64,000 bases of DNA from an uncultured Woeseiaceae bacterium (GCA_947259285.1 CAMYMR010000003.1:318-64317); one strand, 5' to 3'; positions 37,576 through 48,937 are shown, counted from the stretch's first letter. Notes: generated from the sequence alone by a model not told the origin. A program made the numbers and translations.

Positions 37576-38880
37576 TCAGGTGTTAGTGCCGCCGCTGCCC
37601 TGCAGGCGCTCGATCAGGGCGCGAAGGAAGACTTTATTGAAGCGCAGCTGACAGGCTGATGATACCTGCTCCATCAGCGACGAGCTGACGCGAAGAATCG
37701 TGACCTGGCCATTGGCCTTGATCGATGCCTGGCGACGGGCGCCCCGGACGTAGCTGGTTTCGCCGAAGCAGTCGCCGTTCGTCAACGCACCAAGGCTCTT
37801 TCCATTCGCCTGCACCGTCACGCTGCCGGCGACGATAATATAGAAGCGATCGTCTACCTCGCCCTCACGGACGATGTCCTCACCGTCCTTATACTCATGC
37901 CAGTCGGATGCGCGCAGCACCTCCCAGATTTCGGCGTGCGAAAACTCGTGGAAGAAGGTCAGCGTCCGCAGCAGATCGAAATGTTCCTGATTATCAAGAT
38001 TGTCATACTTCTGGCGGAGGTCTTTATAGACCCGCGTCAGTTCCGCCGACATCGCGTTGCCGGTAGCCAGCCGCTTTCCCGGATCCTTCTGCATCGTCGT
38101 CATCACGACATGCTCCAGCTCCTCGGGCAGGTCCTGCCGGTAGGTGTGAATCGGCGGCGGTGTCGCGTAGACAATCTGGTGCAAGAGCTTGGATAGGTTG
38201 TCGGCGCGGAACGGCCGAAAACCTGTCAGCAGCTCGTACATGACCGCACCCAGCGAATACAGGTCCGAGCGCGGCGTCAGCTCTTCCGACTGCACCTGCT
38301 CGGGTGACATGTAGCTAGGCGAACCAGCGATGCCTTCGATCCGCGAGACGTCGGAATCGCTGACGATCGCAATCCCGAAATCGATAATGCGTACGTCGTT
38401 GTCGATCGTGAGCATCACATTGCTCGGCTTGATATCGCGGTGGATCACGCCACGACCGTGCGCATAGTGAAGTGCTTTGGCACATTTATAAATAATCTCT
38501 ACAACATCATCGACGCGCAGCAGATTATCGGGACGACAGTACGCGGCGAGCGTGCGGGCACCCTGGATGTGCTCGGTGACCACGTAATAGCTGCCGTCTT
38601 CTTCACCGGCGTCGTAAATCGGCATGATGTTGGGGTGCTGCAGCATGCCGACCATGTGCGCTTCGTTGAAGAACATCTTGCGAGATACTTTCGCCCGTTC
38701 GGCGTCCTGATCTTCTTCGATGTTGTAGACTTTGATCGCGACGTCGCGACGGTAATAGGGATCATGAGACAGGTAGACGCTGCCGGTGCTACCTCGACCT
38801 ATTTTGTTAATGATGACGTACTTGCCGATCTTCTCGGGAACGCCGTCCGTGCGTTCTAGTTCGCTTACCGTGGTCGCCAT
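37576..38880 (-). CDS. Ser/Thr protein kinase with a C-terminal cyclic-nucleotide-binding domain
   Basis: Kinase motifs GRGSTGSVY, VAIKVY, HRDIKPSNVML, DFGIA and SPSYMSPEQ. The C-terminal part is cNMP-like: GEDIVREGEVDDRFYIIVAGSV...GDCFGETSY...RRQASIKA. Confidence 0.85.
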   Translation of the reverse strand: MATTVSELERTDGVPEKIGKYVIINKIGRGSTGSVYLSHDPYYRRDVAIKVYNIEEDQDAERAKVSRKMFFNEAHMVGMLQHPNIMPIYDAGEEDGSYYVVTEHIQGARTLAAYCRPDNLLRVDDVVEIIYKCAKALHYAHGRGVIHRDIKPSNVMLTIDNDVRIIDFGIAIVSDSDVSRIEGIAGSPSYMSPEQVQSEELTPRSDLYSLGAVMYELLTGFRPFRADNLSKLLHQIVYATPPPIHTYRQDLPEELEHVVMTTMQKDPGKRLATGNAMSAELTRVYKDLRQKYDNLDNQEHFDLLRTLTFFHEFSHAEIWEVLRASDWHEYKDGEDIVREGEVDDRFYIIVAGSVTVQANGKSLGALTNGDCFGETSYVRGARRQASIKANGQVTILRVSSSLMEQVSSACQLRFNKVFLRALIERLQGSGGTNT

Positions 38881-38894
38881 GTTGTCTCAACTGG

Positions 38895-39395
38895 TTAGGT
38901 CATGAGCCACCTGTATAAACCCAGTATTACTGCGGCATACAAGGCGGCTACGAGGTCGTCCAGCATAATTCCCAGCCCGCCGCCGAGTCTGTGATCCAAG
39001 TCCCGAATCGGCCAGGGTTTGACAATATCCATCAGGCGAAAAAGCGCAAAGGCGATCAGCCACCCCGAGAGGGTAAAGGGAGCCGCCAGCAGCGTCAGAT
39101 ACATGCCCGAAATCTCGTCCCAGACGATCCCCCCATGATCGTGCACGCCGATGCGCCGTGCGCTTTCACCGCAGATCCACACACCGAGTAGCGCCAGCGC
39201 GAACGCAATGCCCAATTGAACATAAAGTCCGAGATCGAGCGTTAGCCAGAACAGCAGTACGCCCGGAAGCGAGCCGACGGTGCCCGGTGCAAACGGTGCG
39301 AGCCCGGTACCAAATCCGAATGCGAGGAAATTGACCGGATCGGTCAGAACGGTGCGGGCGAGGTTCCCGTCAATGTCGTTGGATGGCTCGTTCAC
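38895..39395 (-). CDS. pgpA: Phosphatidylglycerophosphatase A
   Basis: 166-aa membrane protein with FGFGTGLAPFAPGTVGSL. It follows thiL with a 4-nt overlap. Confidence 0.88.
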   Translation of the reverse strand: MNEPSNDIDGNLARTVLTDPVNFLAFGFGTGLAPFAPGTVGSLPGVLLFWLTLDLGLYVQLGIAFALALLGVWICGESARRIGVHDHGGIVWDEISGMYLTLLAAPFTLSGWLIAFALFRLMDIVKPWPIRDLDHRLGGGLGIMLDDLVAALYAAVILGLYRWLMT

Positions 39396-40312
39396 AGGAA
39401 GTGTCGATAGCCGCTGCTGGCGTAATCTACGATGCGGCCGTCTTTACGGCAATGAAGCCCGTCACCGTCGGTCACCCTGCCGATCGCTGTCACGTTGGCA
39501 ATGCCTTCAACCGCATCCGGGCGCGCAGTGAAACAAAGCTCGTAGTCATCACCGCCGGTCAGCGCCAGGCGCATTTGCTCCGTCTCGTCGAAACGCGCTT
39601 TGAGGGCATCTGACACCGGCAGCCGGTCGATCTCAAGCTCGCCTCCGACACCGCTCGCCGCCAGTAATTTTCCGAGATCTCCGACCAGCCCGTCCGATAC
39701 GTCAATAACGGCATTCGCCCGACCAACGAGCTGTCGGCCGGTCTCGACGCGCGCGCTCGGGCGAAGGAACCGCCCGACCAGAAACGTATCGGATTCGTTG
39801 CTGCCGAGTAGCAGCAGGCCGGCCGCAGCGTCGCCCAGGGTTCCCGTTACAAATACGGTGTCCCCCACCTCGGCGCCGCTCCGCAACAGCGCGCCGCCGG
39901 TCTCGACCTCGGCCGATACCTGTACTGTAGCAACCACCTGCTCGCCCCTGGTTACATCTCCGCCGACAAGGTCTACATCGAATTCATTGGCCGCTTCAAA
40001 CAGTCCGGCCGAAAAATCAGCCAGCCAGTCAGGATCGGCCCGCGACAGCGTGAGCGCCAGCGTCATCCAACACGGTGTCGCACCCATCGCGGCAACGTCA
40101 GAGAGATTAACGGCGACGACGCGGTAGCCGATATCGGCGGCGGCTGTCTCGATGGGGAAATGGACGCCCTCGACCAGGGTATCGATAACCTGAACCTGGT
40201 CGCGCCCGGGCGGCGGTCTGAGTACAGCGCCGTCGTCGCCGATGCCGGTGACTATACCAGGCGTACGAGTGGTGCGATCGAAGTATCGGCGTATCAGTTC
40301 GAACTCATCCAC
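39392..40312 (-). CDS. thiL: Thiamine-monophosphate kinase
   Basis: Start chosen at GTG 40312 (VDEFELIRRYF), which overlaps the nusB stop by 8 nt. The track start 40414 would lie deep inside nusB. AIR-synthase-like motifs are present (GDDGAVL, DLVGGD). Confidence 0.85.
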   Translation of the reverse strand: MDEFELIRRYFDRTTRTPGIVTGIGDDGAVLRPPPGRDQVQVIDTLVEGVHFPIETAAADIGYRVVAVNLSDVAAMGATPCWMTLALTLSRADPDWLADFSAGLFEAANEFDVDLVGGDVTRGEQVVATVQVSAEVETGGALLRSGAEVGDTVFVTGTLGDAAAGLLLLGSNESDTFLVGRFLRPSARVETGRQLVGRANAVIDVSDGLVGDLGKLLAASGVGGELEIDRLPVSDALKARFDETEQMRLALTGGDDYELCFTARPDAVEGIANVTAIGRVTDGDGLHCRKDGRIVDYASSGYRHFL

Positions 40313-40760
40313 CGTCGTCTGCCTGCACCTCGCTTGTACGAATCGACCTGGCAGCCGCGTCGAGGCAGGCATTGACGTATTTGTGCCCCTCGACCGAGCC
40401 AAAACGTCGGGCAAGATTGATGCTTTCGTTGATGATGACTTTGTAAGGAATATCGGTGCGCGACTCGAGTTCGTGCGTGCCGATCAGGAGAATACCGAGT
40501 TCGACCGGGTCCAGCCGACTGACCGGGCGGTCGATAAAGTCGCCAATCGTCTTTTCGAGTTGATCCCGTGCTTCGCAGACTGCCGCTAGCGATTCGTCGA
40601 AGTAATCTTTGTCAACACGCTCATATGCGGCCTGCTGGTGAAACTGCGCCAGCAATTCGGACGCCGTATGCCCGGCTATCTGCGTCTGATACAAAGCCTG
40701 CAATAAGAGTTCACGTGCACGGGTCCGAGCGCCCGTTCCCTTTGAACTGGCTTTGCTCAT
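40305..40760 (-). CDS. nusB: Transcription antitermination factor NusB
   Basis: ARELLLQALYQ...RLDPVELGILLIGTHEL, 151 aa, located after ribH. Confidence 0.9.
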   Translation of the reverse strand: MSKASSKGTGARTRARELLLQALYQTQIAGHTASELLAQFHQQAAYERVDKDYFDESLAAVCEARDQLEKTIGDFIDRPVSRLDPVELGILLIGTHELESRTDIPYKVIINESINLARRFGSVEGHKYVNACLDAAARSIRTSEVQADDGG

Positions 40761-40768
40761 TACGTGCT

Positions 40769-41242
40769 CTAGTCAACGATTCGAAGCAAGTTGATCATCT
40801 CGATGACGGCGAGCGTGGCCTCTTCACCCTTGTTGCCCGCCTTGGTTCCGGCTCGCTCTATCGCATGCTCTATCGTGTCGACCGTGAGTACGCCGTTACC
40901 GACGGGTATGCCGTGCCGCCGCCCGGCCGCCATAATGCCTTTGACGCATTCGCTGGCGACGTACTCGAAGTGCGGCGTGGCACCACGAATGACGGCGCCG
41001 AGTGCGATGATGCCATCAACGCGGCGTGACGCCGCAACCTTGTCTACTATGATCGGCATTTCGTAGGCGCCGGGCACCCGAATGATCTCGACGTCGGCGT
41101 CGGCGGCACCGTGCTGGCGAAGACAGCGCAGCGATCCCTTGATGAGCGATTCGACGACGAAGTCGTTGAAGCGCGCCGCCACAATCGCGAAGCGGCCGTC
41201 TCGTACGATCAGATCGCCCTCGATAGTCTTTATTTTTTCCAT
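40769..41242 (-). CDS. ribH: 6,7-dimethyl-8-ribityllumazine synthase
   Basis: 157 aa with RFAIVAARFNDFV...VPGAYEMP...ALGAVIRGATPHFEYV. Confidence 0.93.
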   Translation of the reverse strand: MEKIKTIEGDLIVRDGRFAIVAARFNDFVVESLIKGSLRCLRQHGAADADVEIIRVPGAYEMPIIVDKVAASRRVDGIIALGAVIRGATPHFEYVASECVKGIMAAGRRHGIPVGNGVLTVDTIEHAIERAGTKAGNKGEEATLAVIEMINLLRIVD

Positions 41243-41256
41243 GGCCCGCGGCTTAC

Positions 41257-42402
41257 TCAGACGTACTCGGTGATTTCCAGGTCAAATCCGGAAATCGCGT
41301 ACATGTGCTTAGGCGCCGATAATACACGGATTTTGCTAAGGCCGAGGTCGCGGAGAATCTGCGCCCCGACACCGTAGGTTCTGAGCACCATCTCGCCTCC
41401 GCGGCGCTGGTCGAGTTCATCTCTGTGCTGGTCGAGTGTCTCGACGGAGTCCATGAATTCGCGCGATGATTCCTGATCGCGCAGCAGCACAATGACGCCT
41501 GCCTGCTCCTTCGAGATGCGTTCGATCGCGCTGTGCAAGGGCCAGCCCAGCGACTGACTCTTTACGCCAATCACATCGCCGAGCGTGTCCTGCAGATGCA
41601 CACGAACCAGCGGCGCTTCGACGGCGCTCAGGTCTCCCTTGACCAGCGCAACGTGCACGGATCGATTGATATGGTCGTCGAAGCAATACATCGTGAACTC
41701 GCCAAACTCGGTCGCTACCGGCTTCTCGGCGATACGTTCGACGTTGCGTTCTTTATCGAGACGATAGCGAATGAGATCGGCAATCGTACCGATGCGTATG
41801 CCGTGCTTCTTCGCGAATCGCTCGAGGTCGGGACGACGCGCCATGGTTCCGTCTTCGTTCAGTATTTCTACGATTGCGGCCGCAGGTTCGAGGCCGGCCA
41901 GGCGTGCGAGATCGCAGCCGGCTTCCGTATGTCCGGCGCGAGTGAGCACGCCCCCGGGCTGCGCCATGACGGGAAAAATATGGCCAGGCTGCCGCAGGTG
42001 CTCGGGCTTGGCACCCGGCGCAACGGCCGCTTGAATCGTTTTTGCACGATCGTGCGCGGAGATGCCGGTTGTGATGCCCTCCGCCGCTTCGATCGATATC
42101 GTGAAATTGGTCGCGTGATGCTCATCGGTGTCGCTGACCATTAGCGGCAGCCGCAGCTGTTTGCAGCGCTCCCGTCCAAGGGTCAGGCAGATGAGCCCGC
42201 GCCCATGGGTCGCCATGTAGTTGACGTCTTCGGCGCGCACTTTCTCGGCCGCCATGATCAGATCGCCTTCGTTCTCGCGGTCTTCATCATCAACCATGAT
42301 GACCATCTTGCCGGCCGCGATGTCGGAAATGATCTCTTCGATGTGGCTGAATCGGGATCCATGCACGCTGGGGTGCACTGTCGTCTTATCGGGCATAGCC
42401 AT
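41257..42402 (-). CDS. ribBA: Bifunctional 3,4-dihydroxy-2-butanone-4-phosphate synthase / GTP cyclohydrolase II-like protein
   Basis: DHBP synthase motifs (VDDEDRENEGDLI, HGRGLICL) plus a C-terminal GCHII-like half. 381 aa. Confidence 0.88.
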   Translation of the reverse strand: MAMPDKTTVHPSVHGSRFSHIEEIISDIAAGKMVIMVDDEDRENEGDLIMAAEKVRAEDVNYMATHGRGLICLTLGRERCKQLRLPLMVSDTDEHHATNFTISIEAAEGITTGISAHDRAKTIQAAVAPGAKPEHLRQPGHIFPVMAQPGGVLTRAGHTEAGCDLARLAGLEPAAAIVEILNEDGTMARRPDLERFAKKHGIRIGTIADLIRYRLDKERNVERIAEKPVATEFGEFTMYCFDDHINRSVHVALVKGDLSAVEAPLVRVHLQDTLGDVIGVKSQSLGWPLHSAIERISKEQAGVIVLLRDQESSREFMDSVETLDQHRDELDQRRGGEMVLRTYGVGAQILRDLGLSKIRVLSAPKHMYAISGFDLEITEYV

Positions 42403-43027
42403 GTGCCTTTAGGAAGTCCTTAGATATGCCGGTCCCGTCAGGGTTGAGCAGGCGTTCGATGTAGCGCGCCAGCATATCAACCTCGACGTTGACGACGGTA
42501 CCCACCTTGTAGTTATCGATGATCGTAACTTCGGCCGTATGCGGGATGATATTGATTTCGAAGCTGTTCCCGGATACTTCGTTAATGGTAAGGCTGACGC
42601 CGTCGACGCAGACAGAGCCCTTCTTCGCCACGTAGCGCGAGTATTCTGCCGGGACCTCGATGGTAAATCGTATTGATCGTGCGTCAGCGGCGCGCGCGCG
42701 AACGGTACCGGTACAGTCCACATGTCCGCTGACCAGATGGCCTCCCAGGCGCTCACCGAGGCTCAAGGCCGGTTCCAGATTCACCGGTGAACCCACGTCC
42801 AACTTGCCGAGCGCGGTTACGTCAAGGGTTTCAACGGATACATCGGTATCGAAACCGTCGTCACGCAGCGCGACTGCCGTCAGGCACACGCCGTTCACGG
42901 CGATGCTTTCGCCCGGCTCGTAGTCTGCCCACGACAGGCCTCGCGAACGGACGGTCAACCGCACGTCGCCACCCTTGCGTTGCATCGCCGCAATCTCGCC
43001 GCTGGCTTTGATGATTCCGGTAAACAT
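42386..43027 (-). CDS. ribE: Riboflavin synthase (alpha chain)
   Basis: MFTGIIKASGEI with an internal duplication (GESIAVNGVCLT / GSVCVDGVSLT). 213 aa. Confidence 0.9.
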   Translation of the reverse strand: MFTGIIKASGEIAAMQRKGGDVRLTVRSRGLSWADYEPGESIAVNGVCLTAVALRDDGFDTDVSVETLDVTALGKLDVGSPVNLEPALSLGERLGGHLVSGHVDCTGTVRARAADARSIRFTIEVPAEYSRYVAKKGSVCVDGVSLTINEVSGNSFEINIIPHTAEVTIIDNYKVGTVVNVEVDMLARYIERLLNPDGTGISKDFLKAHGYAR

Positions 43028-44128
43028 CTATTGCTGAACTCTTGCTGTTATTCGCGTGTCTCCGCCAACACGGCGGACGTCGCTGATTTCGAGGACCCTG
43101 CGATCTGCCAGGGTTTGCCAGTTTGGCGTGTTGAACATTCGCCGGGTTTCACTCCCCATTATGTGGGGCGCCTGGTAAATCACAAGCTCGTCGACCAGCC
43201 CCTGTGCCAGTAAATGGCCCGTGAGGCCAGGGCCCGCCTCAACCAGCACGTCGTTGACGTCGCGTCCGGCGAGGTCAACAAGGACCTCAGAAACGTCCAC
43301 TTTCGCGCTGCCGGCTGCGAATGCGCACACTTCGGCGCCCGCAGCCTCGAGATGCGCCGGGTCCGCACCGCCCGCACAACAAACCAGCGTTGCGCCCGGC
43401 AGGGCGAGCATTCGGGCGGTCGGCGGCGTGCGCAGTTTGCTGTCGATAACGACCCTGAGCGGCTGCAATTCCGGCGCCGACAGGTCCTCCAGACGTACAT
43501 TCAAGGAGGGATCGTCGGCGAGTACCGTGCCTATCCCGGTCATGATCGCACCCGATCGCGCCCGCAGGCGTTGTACATCATGCCGTGCCTCGGCGCCCGT
43601 AATCCACTGGCTCTCGCCGCTCTTCATCGCGATGGCGCCATCGATGCTGGCCGCAACCTTGGCGCGAACGAACGGACGATTACGGGTTACTCGTGACAGG
43701 TAGCCGGCGTTCAGACGCTCGGCGGCGGCGGCCATCAGGCCGACCTCGGTCGCTACGCCTGCCGCGCCGAGGGCGGCCATCCCGCGGCCGGCAACCTGCG
43801 CGTAAGGATCCAGCGTTGCCGCGACAACCCTGACGACGCCCGCATCGATAAGTGCCTTGCTGCACGGCGGCGTCTTGCCATGGTGCGCGCAGGGCTCGAG
43901 GCTTACATAGGCGGTGGCACCTTTAGCAAAGCCACCCGCCGCTTTCAACGCGTTGATCTCGGCATGCGGCTCGCCCGCACGTTCGTGCCAACCCTCGCCA
44001 ACAATCTCGCCGCTTTTCACGATGACGCAGCCCACCATCGGATTCGGACGAGCGGCGTATTGGCCGCGGGCCGCAATCTTCAGCGCCCGTGCCATATGCG
44101 CGTGATCCGTTGCGGTGAATGTGGTCAT
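43028..44128 (-). CDS. ribD: Bifunctional riboflavin biosynthesis deaminase / reductase
   Basis: CMP/dCMP deaminase zinc motif (HAEINAL...PCAHHGKTPPC) and a C-terminal reductase domain. Confidence 0.92.
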   Translation of the reverse strand: MTTFTATDHAHMARALKIAARGQYAARPNPMVGCVIVKSGEIVGEGWHERAGEPHAEINALKAAGGFAKGATAYVSLEPCAHHGKTPPCSKALIDAGVVRVVAATLDPYAQVAGRGMAALGAAGVATEVGLMAAAAERLNAGYLSRVTRNRPFVRAKVAASIDGAIAMKSGESQWITGAEARHDVQRLRARSGAIMTGIGTVLADDPSLNVRLEDLSAPELQPLRVVIDSKLRTPPTARMLALPGATLVCCAGGADPAHLEAAGAEVCAFAAGSAKVDVSEVLVDLAGRDVNDVLVEAGPGLTGHLLAQGLVDELVIYQAPHIMGSETRRMFNTPNWQTLADRRVLEISDVRRVGGDTRITARVQQ

Positions 44129-44130
44129 GA

Positions 44131-44649
44131 TTAACGCTTCTTCTTACCCAGCAGTTCGGGCAATAAGGACATTTGTTCGCGGCTCGCCGCCGTCTCGGAG
44201 ATCTTTTGCAGCCGCTTGATCTCGTCCTCGAACTCCGTGATGTCCTGGAAGCGACGATAAACCGACGCAAAGCGCACGTACGCGACTTCATCGAGCGCGC
44301 GCAGCTCCTCCATGACGAGATCTCCGACCAACCGTGACGGCACCTCTCGCTCGCCCATGGTGCGCAATCGGTGAATCAGGTGGCCAATCGCCTGCTCGAG
44401 CTCATCGCTCGGCACCGGCCGCTTCTCCAGGGCCCGGACCATGCTGTTGCGAAGCTTGGCTTCATCGAAGGGCTGTCTCGTGTTGTCACTCTTGATGAGC
44501 CGGGGCATGACCAGTTCGGCGGTCTCGAAGGTAGTAAAGCGCTCGTTGCAATCGAGGCACTGTCGACGGCGACGAATCTGCCGGCCGTCACCCGCGAGGC
44601 GCGAATCGATAACCTTGGTTTCTTCGTTGGCGCAGAACGGACAGTGCAT
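44131..44649 (-). CDS. nrdR: Transcriptional repressor NrdR
   Basis: [18 protein letters not shown]...[17 protein letters not shown] zinc ribbon plus an ATP-cone domain. Confidence 0.95.
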   Translation of the reverse strand: MHCPFCANEETKVIDSRLAGDGRQIRRRRQCLDCNERFTTFETAELVMPRLIKSDNTRQPFDEAKLRNSMVRALEKRPVPSDELEQAIGHLIHRLRTMGEREVPSRLVGDLVMEELRALDEVAYVRFASVYRRFQDITEFEDEIKRLQKISETAASREQMSLLPELLGKKKR

Positions 44650-44679
44650 AAGCGATCACAACCTGTCGCGAAGCGACGA

Positions 44680-45933
44680 TCAGACGTATACCGGGAACCG
44701 TTGGCAGAGCTCAAGCACCTGGCCCTTGACGCGCTCGATGGTTGCTTCATCTTCGATGTCATCGAGTATATCGGCTATCCAGCCGCTTAGCTGCCGGGTT
44801 TCCTCGGGCCCGAAGCCACGCGTCGTGATCGCCGGCGTACCCAGACGCAGGCCACTGGTCACGAACGGCGACTGCGGGTCGTTCGGGACCGAGTTCTTAT
44901 TCACGGTGATGTTCGCGCTGCCAAGTGCTGCATCGGCCGCCTTGCCCGTAATGCCGCGGTCGATAAGGCTGACGAGCATGAGGTGATTCTCGGTGCCACC
45001 CGACACGATCGGGTAGCCGCGCTGACTGAGCACCTCGGCCATTACCTTCGCGTTCTCACAGACCTTGCCCTGGTACGTCTTGAATTCCGGTTCCATCGCT
45101 TCTTTGAAGGCGACGGCCTTGGCGGCAATTACATGCATCAGCGGTCCGCCCTGGGTACCCGGAAAAACCAGCGAATTAAATTTCTTTGTCATCTCGTCGT
45201 TCTTGCGAGCGACGATAAGGCCACCCCGTGGGCCTCTCAGGGTCTTGTGCGTCGTGGTGGTACAGACGTCGGCGTACGGCACGGGACTCGGGTAGTGGCC
45301 TGTCGCGATGAGTCCCGCGACGTGCGCCATGTCGACCAGCAGGTAAGCGCCGACGCTATCGGCAATCTGGCGGAAGCGAGCCCAGTCTACGACCTGCGAA
45401 TAGGCGGAGAAGCCCGCGATAATCATCTTCGGCTTATGCTCGAAAGCAAGTTCCTGCACGCGGTCGTAATCGATCAGGCCGGTCTCGGCCGACAGGCCAT
45501 ACTGAATAGCATTAAACAATTTGCCCGAGAAATTGACTTTGGAGCCGTGAGTCAGGTGCCCCCCATCGTTGAGGCTCATGCCGAGTATCGTGTCTCCCGC
45601 TGTCAGTAGCGCAAGGTACGCGGCCGCGTTCGCCTGCGAGCCCGAGTGCGGCTGCACGTTGGCATAGTCTGCGCCAAACAGCGACATCGCGCGCTCAATG
45701 GCAAGCCGTTCGACATCATCGACATACTCGCAGCCGCCGTAGTAGCGCTTGCCCGGGTAGCCTTCCGCGTACTTGTTGGTCATCGAACAGCCCTGCGCGC
45801 GCATCACACGCGGGCTGGCGTAATTTTCCGAGGCAATCAACTCGACGTGCTCTTCCTGGCGTCGGTCTTCCTCTGCGATTGCTGTGGCAACTTCGGGATC
45901 GAATGACTCTAACGTCGTCGATGTGTCGAACAT
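44680..45933 (-). CDS. glyA: Serine hydroxymethyltransferase
   Basis: Start chosen at the second ATG, 45933 ([14 protein letters not shown]), which sits 10 nt after GGAG. PLP-lysine motif [14 protein letters not shown]. 417 aa. Confidence 0.93.
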   Translation of the reverse strand: MFDTSTTLESFDPEVATAIAEEDRRQEEHVELIASENYASPRVMRAQGCSMTNKYAEGYPGKRYYGGCEYVDDVERLAIERAMSLFGADYANVQPHSGSQANAAAYLALLTAGDTILGMSLNDGGHLTHGSKVNFSGKLFNAIQYGLSAETGLIDYDRVQELAFEHKPKMIIAGFSAYSQVVDWARFRQIADSVGAYLLVDMAHVAGLIATGHYPSPVPYADVCTTTTHKTLRGPRGGLIVARKNDEMTKKFNSLVFPGTQGGPLMHVIAAKAVAFKEAMEPEFKTYQGKVCENAKVMAEVLSQRGYPIVSGGTENHLMLVSLIDRGITGKAADAALGSANITVNKNSVPNDPQSPFVTSGLRLGTPAITTRGFGPEETRQLSGWIADILDDIEDEATIERVKGQVLELCQRFPVYV

Positions 45934-46018
45934 TCGGGGCATACTCCGTGCGAGGTAAGGGGCGAAAGGTACGCGATGTTACCTGTTTGCGGGACGAGAT
46001 GGCACTGAAAGTGCGGCT

Positions 46019-46969
46019 TTAACGTGTTTCTACGAAGGACTGGACTACGCGAGTCCACGCCCGCGCCAGGTTGCGACGATTATAGCCACCGCCGCCCGTA
46101 GCGATGATCCTGCCCTCGCAATGTTTGTCGGCCAGCCGGCACAGCGCCGATGCGGCCTCCGCATGCGCCTCCTCGCTCCAACAAAGGTGCGTTATGGGAT
46201 CGCCCTCCAGGCTGTCTGCACCGCATTGCACGAAGATGAACTCTGGCCGCATCGACTCTATATGGGCTTCGACATACTGCCAGGCCGCGCGGAAATCATT
46301 ATCATCGGCGCCGGGGGCCAACGGGATATTGAGCTTTGTACCGCATGCCGCCCCGGTTCCCGTCTCACTGGCCGCGCCGGTGCCGGGGTACAGATACCGC
46401 CCGTCTTCGTGGATATCCGCGAAGATCAGGTCAGGATCGCTCTCGAAGCCATAAAAAACCCCGTCGCCATGGTGTGCGTCAATATCGATGTAGGCCACGC
46501 GCTTCAGCCCGAACTGCTGGCGCAGATACTCGACTGCAATACCGCAATCGTTGAAAACGCAGAAACCGGCGGCGCTGCCGCGGGCGGCATGATGCAGTCC
46601 GGCAATCGGGACAAAGGCGCGTTTGTAATTACCGTGCATGATCTCATCGACGGCACAAAGCACCGCGCCGACAACCGCCGACGCGGCATCATAGATTCCC
46701 CGTACGACAGGCGTGTCGCCATCATCAAGCCAGCCTTTACCAACGGCCGACAGGCGTGACACCTTTTCGATGTAGTCGGCCGTGTGAAACAGTGCCAATT
46801 CATCGACGAGCGCGGGTCGCGGATGACCGAACGTTATCGCCTCGCCGAAATCCGCTTTTTGCAGCTCCGCGTGGAAGACGTCGTGGCGGTCGGTGCCGAA
46901 AGGATGCGGATCACCAAACCCGTAGGCGGCAATTGACTCTCCCCGATAGACCAGCACGGTGTCGCTCAT
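46019..46969 (-). CDS. Histone deacetylase-family protein (AcuC/acetoin-utilization-like deacetylase)
   Basis: Start chosen at ATG 46969 (MSDTVLVY). Motifs: [18 protein letters not shown] and DIDAHHGDG. Confidence 0.8.
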   Translation of the reverse strand: MSDTVLVYRGESIAAYGFGDPHPFGTDRHDVFHAELQKADFGEAITFGHPRPALVDELALFHTADYIEKVSRLSAVGKGWLDDGDTPVVRGIYDAASAVVGAVLCAVDEIMHGNYKRAFVPIAGLHHAARGSAAGFCVFNDCGIAVEYLRQQFGLKRVAYIDIDAHHGDGVFYGFESDPDLIFADIHEDGRYLYPGTGAASETGTGAACGTKLNIPLAPGADDNDFRAAWQYVEAHIESMRPEFIFVQCGADSLEGDPITHLCWSEEAHAEAASALCRLADKHCEGRIIATGGGGYNRRNLARAWTRVVQSFVETR

Positions 46970-47054
46970 GGATGCTTCGTTGAGTGTTTTCTTGTGGCGC
47001 AGCATACCTGATAATGCGCGCTCCCTGACATCCACGAGAATCTACGGTCTGACC

Positions 47055-48728
47055 ATGGCTCAGTACATTTACACGATGAACCGAGTTGCCAAGGTGGTCG
47101 CTCCAAAGCGCCACATTCTTCGCGACATCTCGCTGTCCTTTTTTCCCGGGGCGAAGATCGGCGTGCTCGGACTCAATGGCTCCGGAAAATCGACGCTGCT
47201 GCGCATCATGGCGGGCCTGGACACCGAAATCGACGGGGAAGCAAGGCCGCAGCCCGGCATCAACATCGGTTACCTGCCCCAGGAGCCGGAGCTGGACCCG
47301 GCTAAAGACGTGCGCGGCAACGTCGAGGAAGGCGTTGCCGAGACCAAAGCCCTCGTTGATCGCTTCAACGAAATCAGCATGAAATTCGCCGAACCGATGG
47401 ACGACGACGAGATGACCGCGCTGCTCGAGGAACAGGGCAAGCTGCAGGACGCGATCGACTCGGCAGGCGCCTGGGAACTCGATCGCAAGCTGGAAATCGC
47501 CGCCGATGCGCTGCGTCTGCCGGAATGGGAAGCCGATGTGACCAAGCTGTCGGGCGGCGAGCGCCGGCGCGTCGCGCTATGTCGGCTGCTGTTGTCGGAG
47601 CCGGACATGCTGCTGCTCGATGAACCGACTAACCACCTCGACGCCGAGTCGGTCGCCTGGCTCGAACGATTCCTCGACGAATACCCGAGTACCGTCATCG
47701 CGGTGACGCATGATCGCTACTTCCTCGACAACGTCGCCGGCTGGATTCTCGAACTCGATCGCGGACACGGCATCCCCTGGGAAGGCAACTACTCATCGTG
47801 GCTGGAGCAAAAAGAGGCACGCTTGCAGAACGAGGAGGCATCAGAGAAAGCGCGCAGGAAAGCGATGCAGCACGAGCTCGAGTGGGTGCGCAGCAACCCG
47901 AAAGGGCGTCAGGCCAAATCGAAGGCGCGCCTCCGGCAGTTCGAGGAGATTTCTTCGCCCAGCTACCAGAAGCGCAATGAAACCAACGAGATATACATCC
48001 CGCCAGGACCCCGGCTCGGCGACGTCGTACTCGAAGTCAACGATCTCAAGAAGGGCTTCGGCGACAAACTGCTCATCGATGGGCTCAGCTTACAGCTGCC
48101 GCCGGGCGGTATCGTGGGTGTCATCGGCCCGAACGGGGCCGGCAAAACAACGATGTTCCGCATGATTACCGGTGCGGAACAACCCGACGCAGGAACGATT
48201 CGCCTTGGCGATACCGTGAAAATCGCCAGCGTCGATCAGTCGCGTGACAGCCTGGACGATAGCAAGACCGTTTGGGAGGAAATCTCGGACGGCCTCGACC
48301 TGATTAACGTCGGCAATTACGAGACCTCGTCACGCGCGTACGTCGGCCGCTTCAACTTTCGCGGCCAGGATCAGCAAAAGAAGATCGGCCTGCTCTCAGG
48401 CGGCGAACGAAACCGCGTACATCTGGCAAAAATGCTGCGTTCCGGGGGCAACCTGCTGCTGCTTGATGAGCCGACCAATGATCTCGATGTGGAGACCCTG
48501 CGCGCGCTCGAAGAAGCCCTGCTGGAATTTCCGGGCTCCGCCATCGTAATCTCGCACGATCGCTGGTTTCTTGATCGTATAGCAACGCACATACTTGCCT
48601 TCGAAGGCAACAGCGAGGTTGTCTGGTTCGCCGGCAACTATGCCGACTACGAGGAAGATCGCAAGCGTCGCCTCGGTGCCGACGCCGCTAGCCCGCATCG
48701 CATCAAGTACAAGAAGCTGACGAGCTGA
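47055..48728 (+). CDS. ettA: Energy-dependent translational throttle ABC-F ATPase
   Basis: Start chosen at ATG 47055 ([15 protein letters not shown]). Two ABC cassettes are present ([18 protein letters not shown]; [18 protein letters not shown]). 557 aa. Confidence 0.92.
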   Translation: MAQYIYTMNRVAKVVAPKRHILRDISLSFFPGAKIGVLGLNGSGKSTLLRIMAGLDTEIDGEARPQPGINIGYLPQEPELDPAKDVRGNVEEGVAETKALVDRFNEISMKFAEPMDDDEMTALLEEQGKLQDAIDSAGAWELDRKLEIAADALRLPEWEADVTKLSGGERRRVALCRLLLSEPDMLLLDEPTNHLDAESVAWLERFLDEYPSTVIAVTHDRYFLDNVAGWILELDRGHGIPWEGNYSSWLEQKEARLQNEEASEKARRKAMQHELEWVRSNPKGRQAKSKARLRQFEEISSPSYQKRNETNEIYIPPGPRLGDVVLEVNDLKKGFGDKLLIDGLSLQLPPGGIVGVIGPNGAGKTTMFRMITGAEQPDAGTIRLGDTVKIASVDQSRDSLDDSKTVWEEISDGLDLINVGNYETSSRAYVGRFNFRGQDQQKKIGLLSGGERNRVHLAKMLRSGGNLLLLDEPTNDLDVETLRALEEALLEFPGSAIVISHDRWFLDRIATHILAFEGNSEVVWFAGNYADYEEDRKRRLGADAASPHRIKYKKLTS

Positions 48729-48937
48729 TTCGGGCGCTTGCGGAACGCCAATCAACATCCTGATCACGAGAAGTGCCTGATGAGCGATACAGCCCATGAT
48801 ATTGTGGCAAGTGGGTGCGGCGAGTATTGCATTATTATGTTAACGATGGACGGCGGCGCCCGGTAAATCGGGCATACTGAGGTAGCCGATCGATACGATT
48901 CATGAAGCCGTCCCACATCCAACAATAAAAGGGCGAA

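Noticed and set aside
41243-44130. FMN (RFN) riboswitch in front of the rib genes
   Set aside because: The genes nrdR-ribD-ribE-ribBA-ribH are packed with gaps of 14 nt or less, or with overlaps. There is no leader long enough for a riboswitch in this window.
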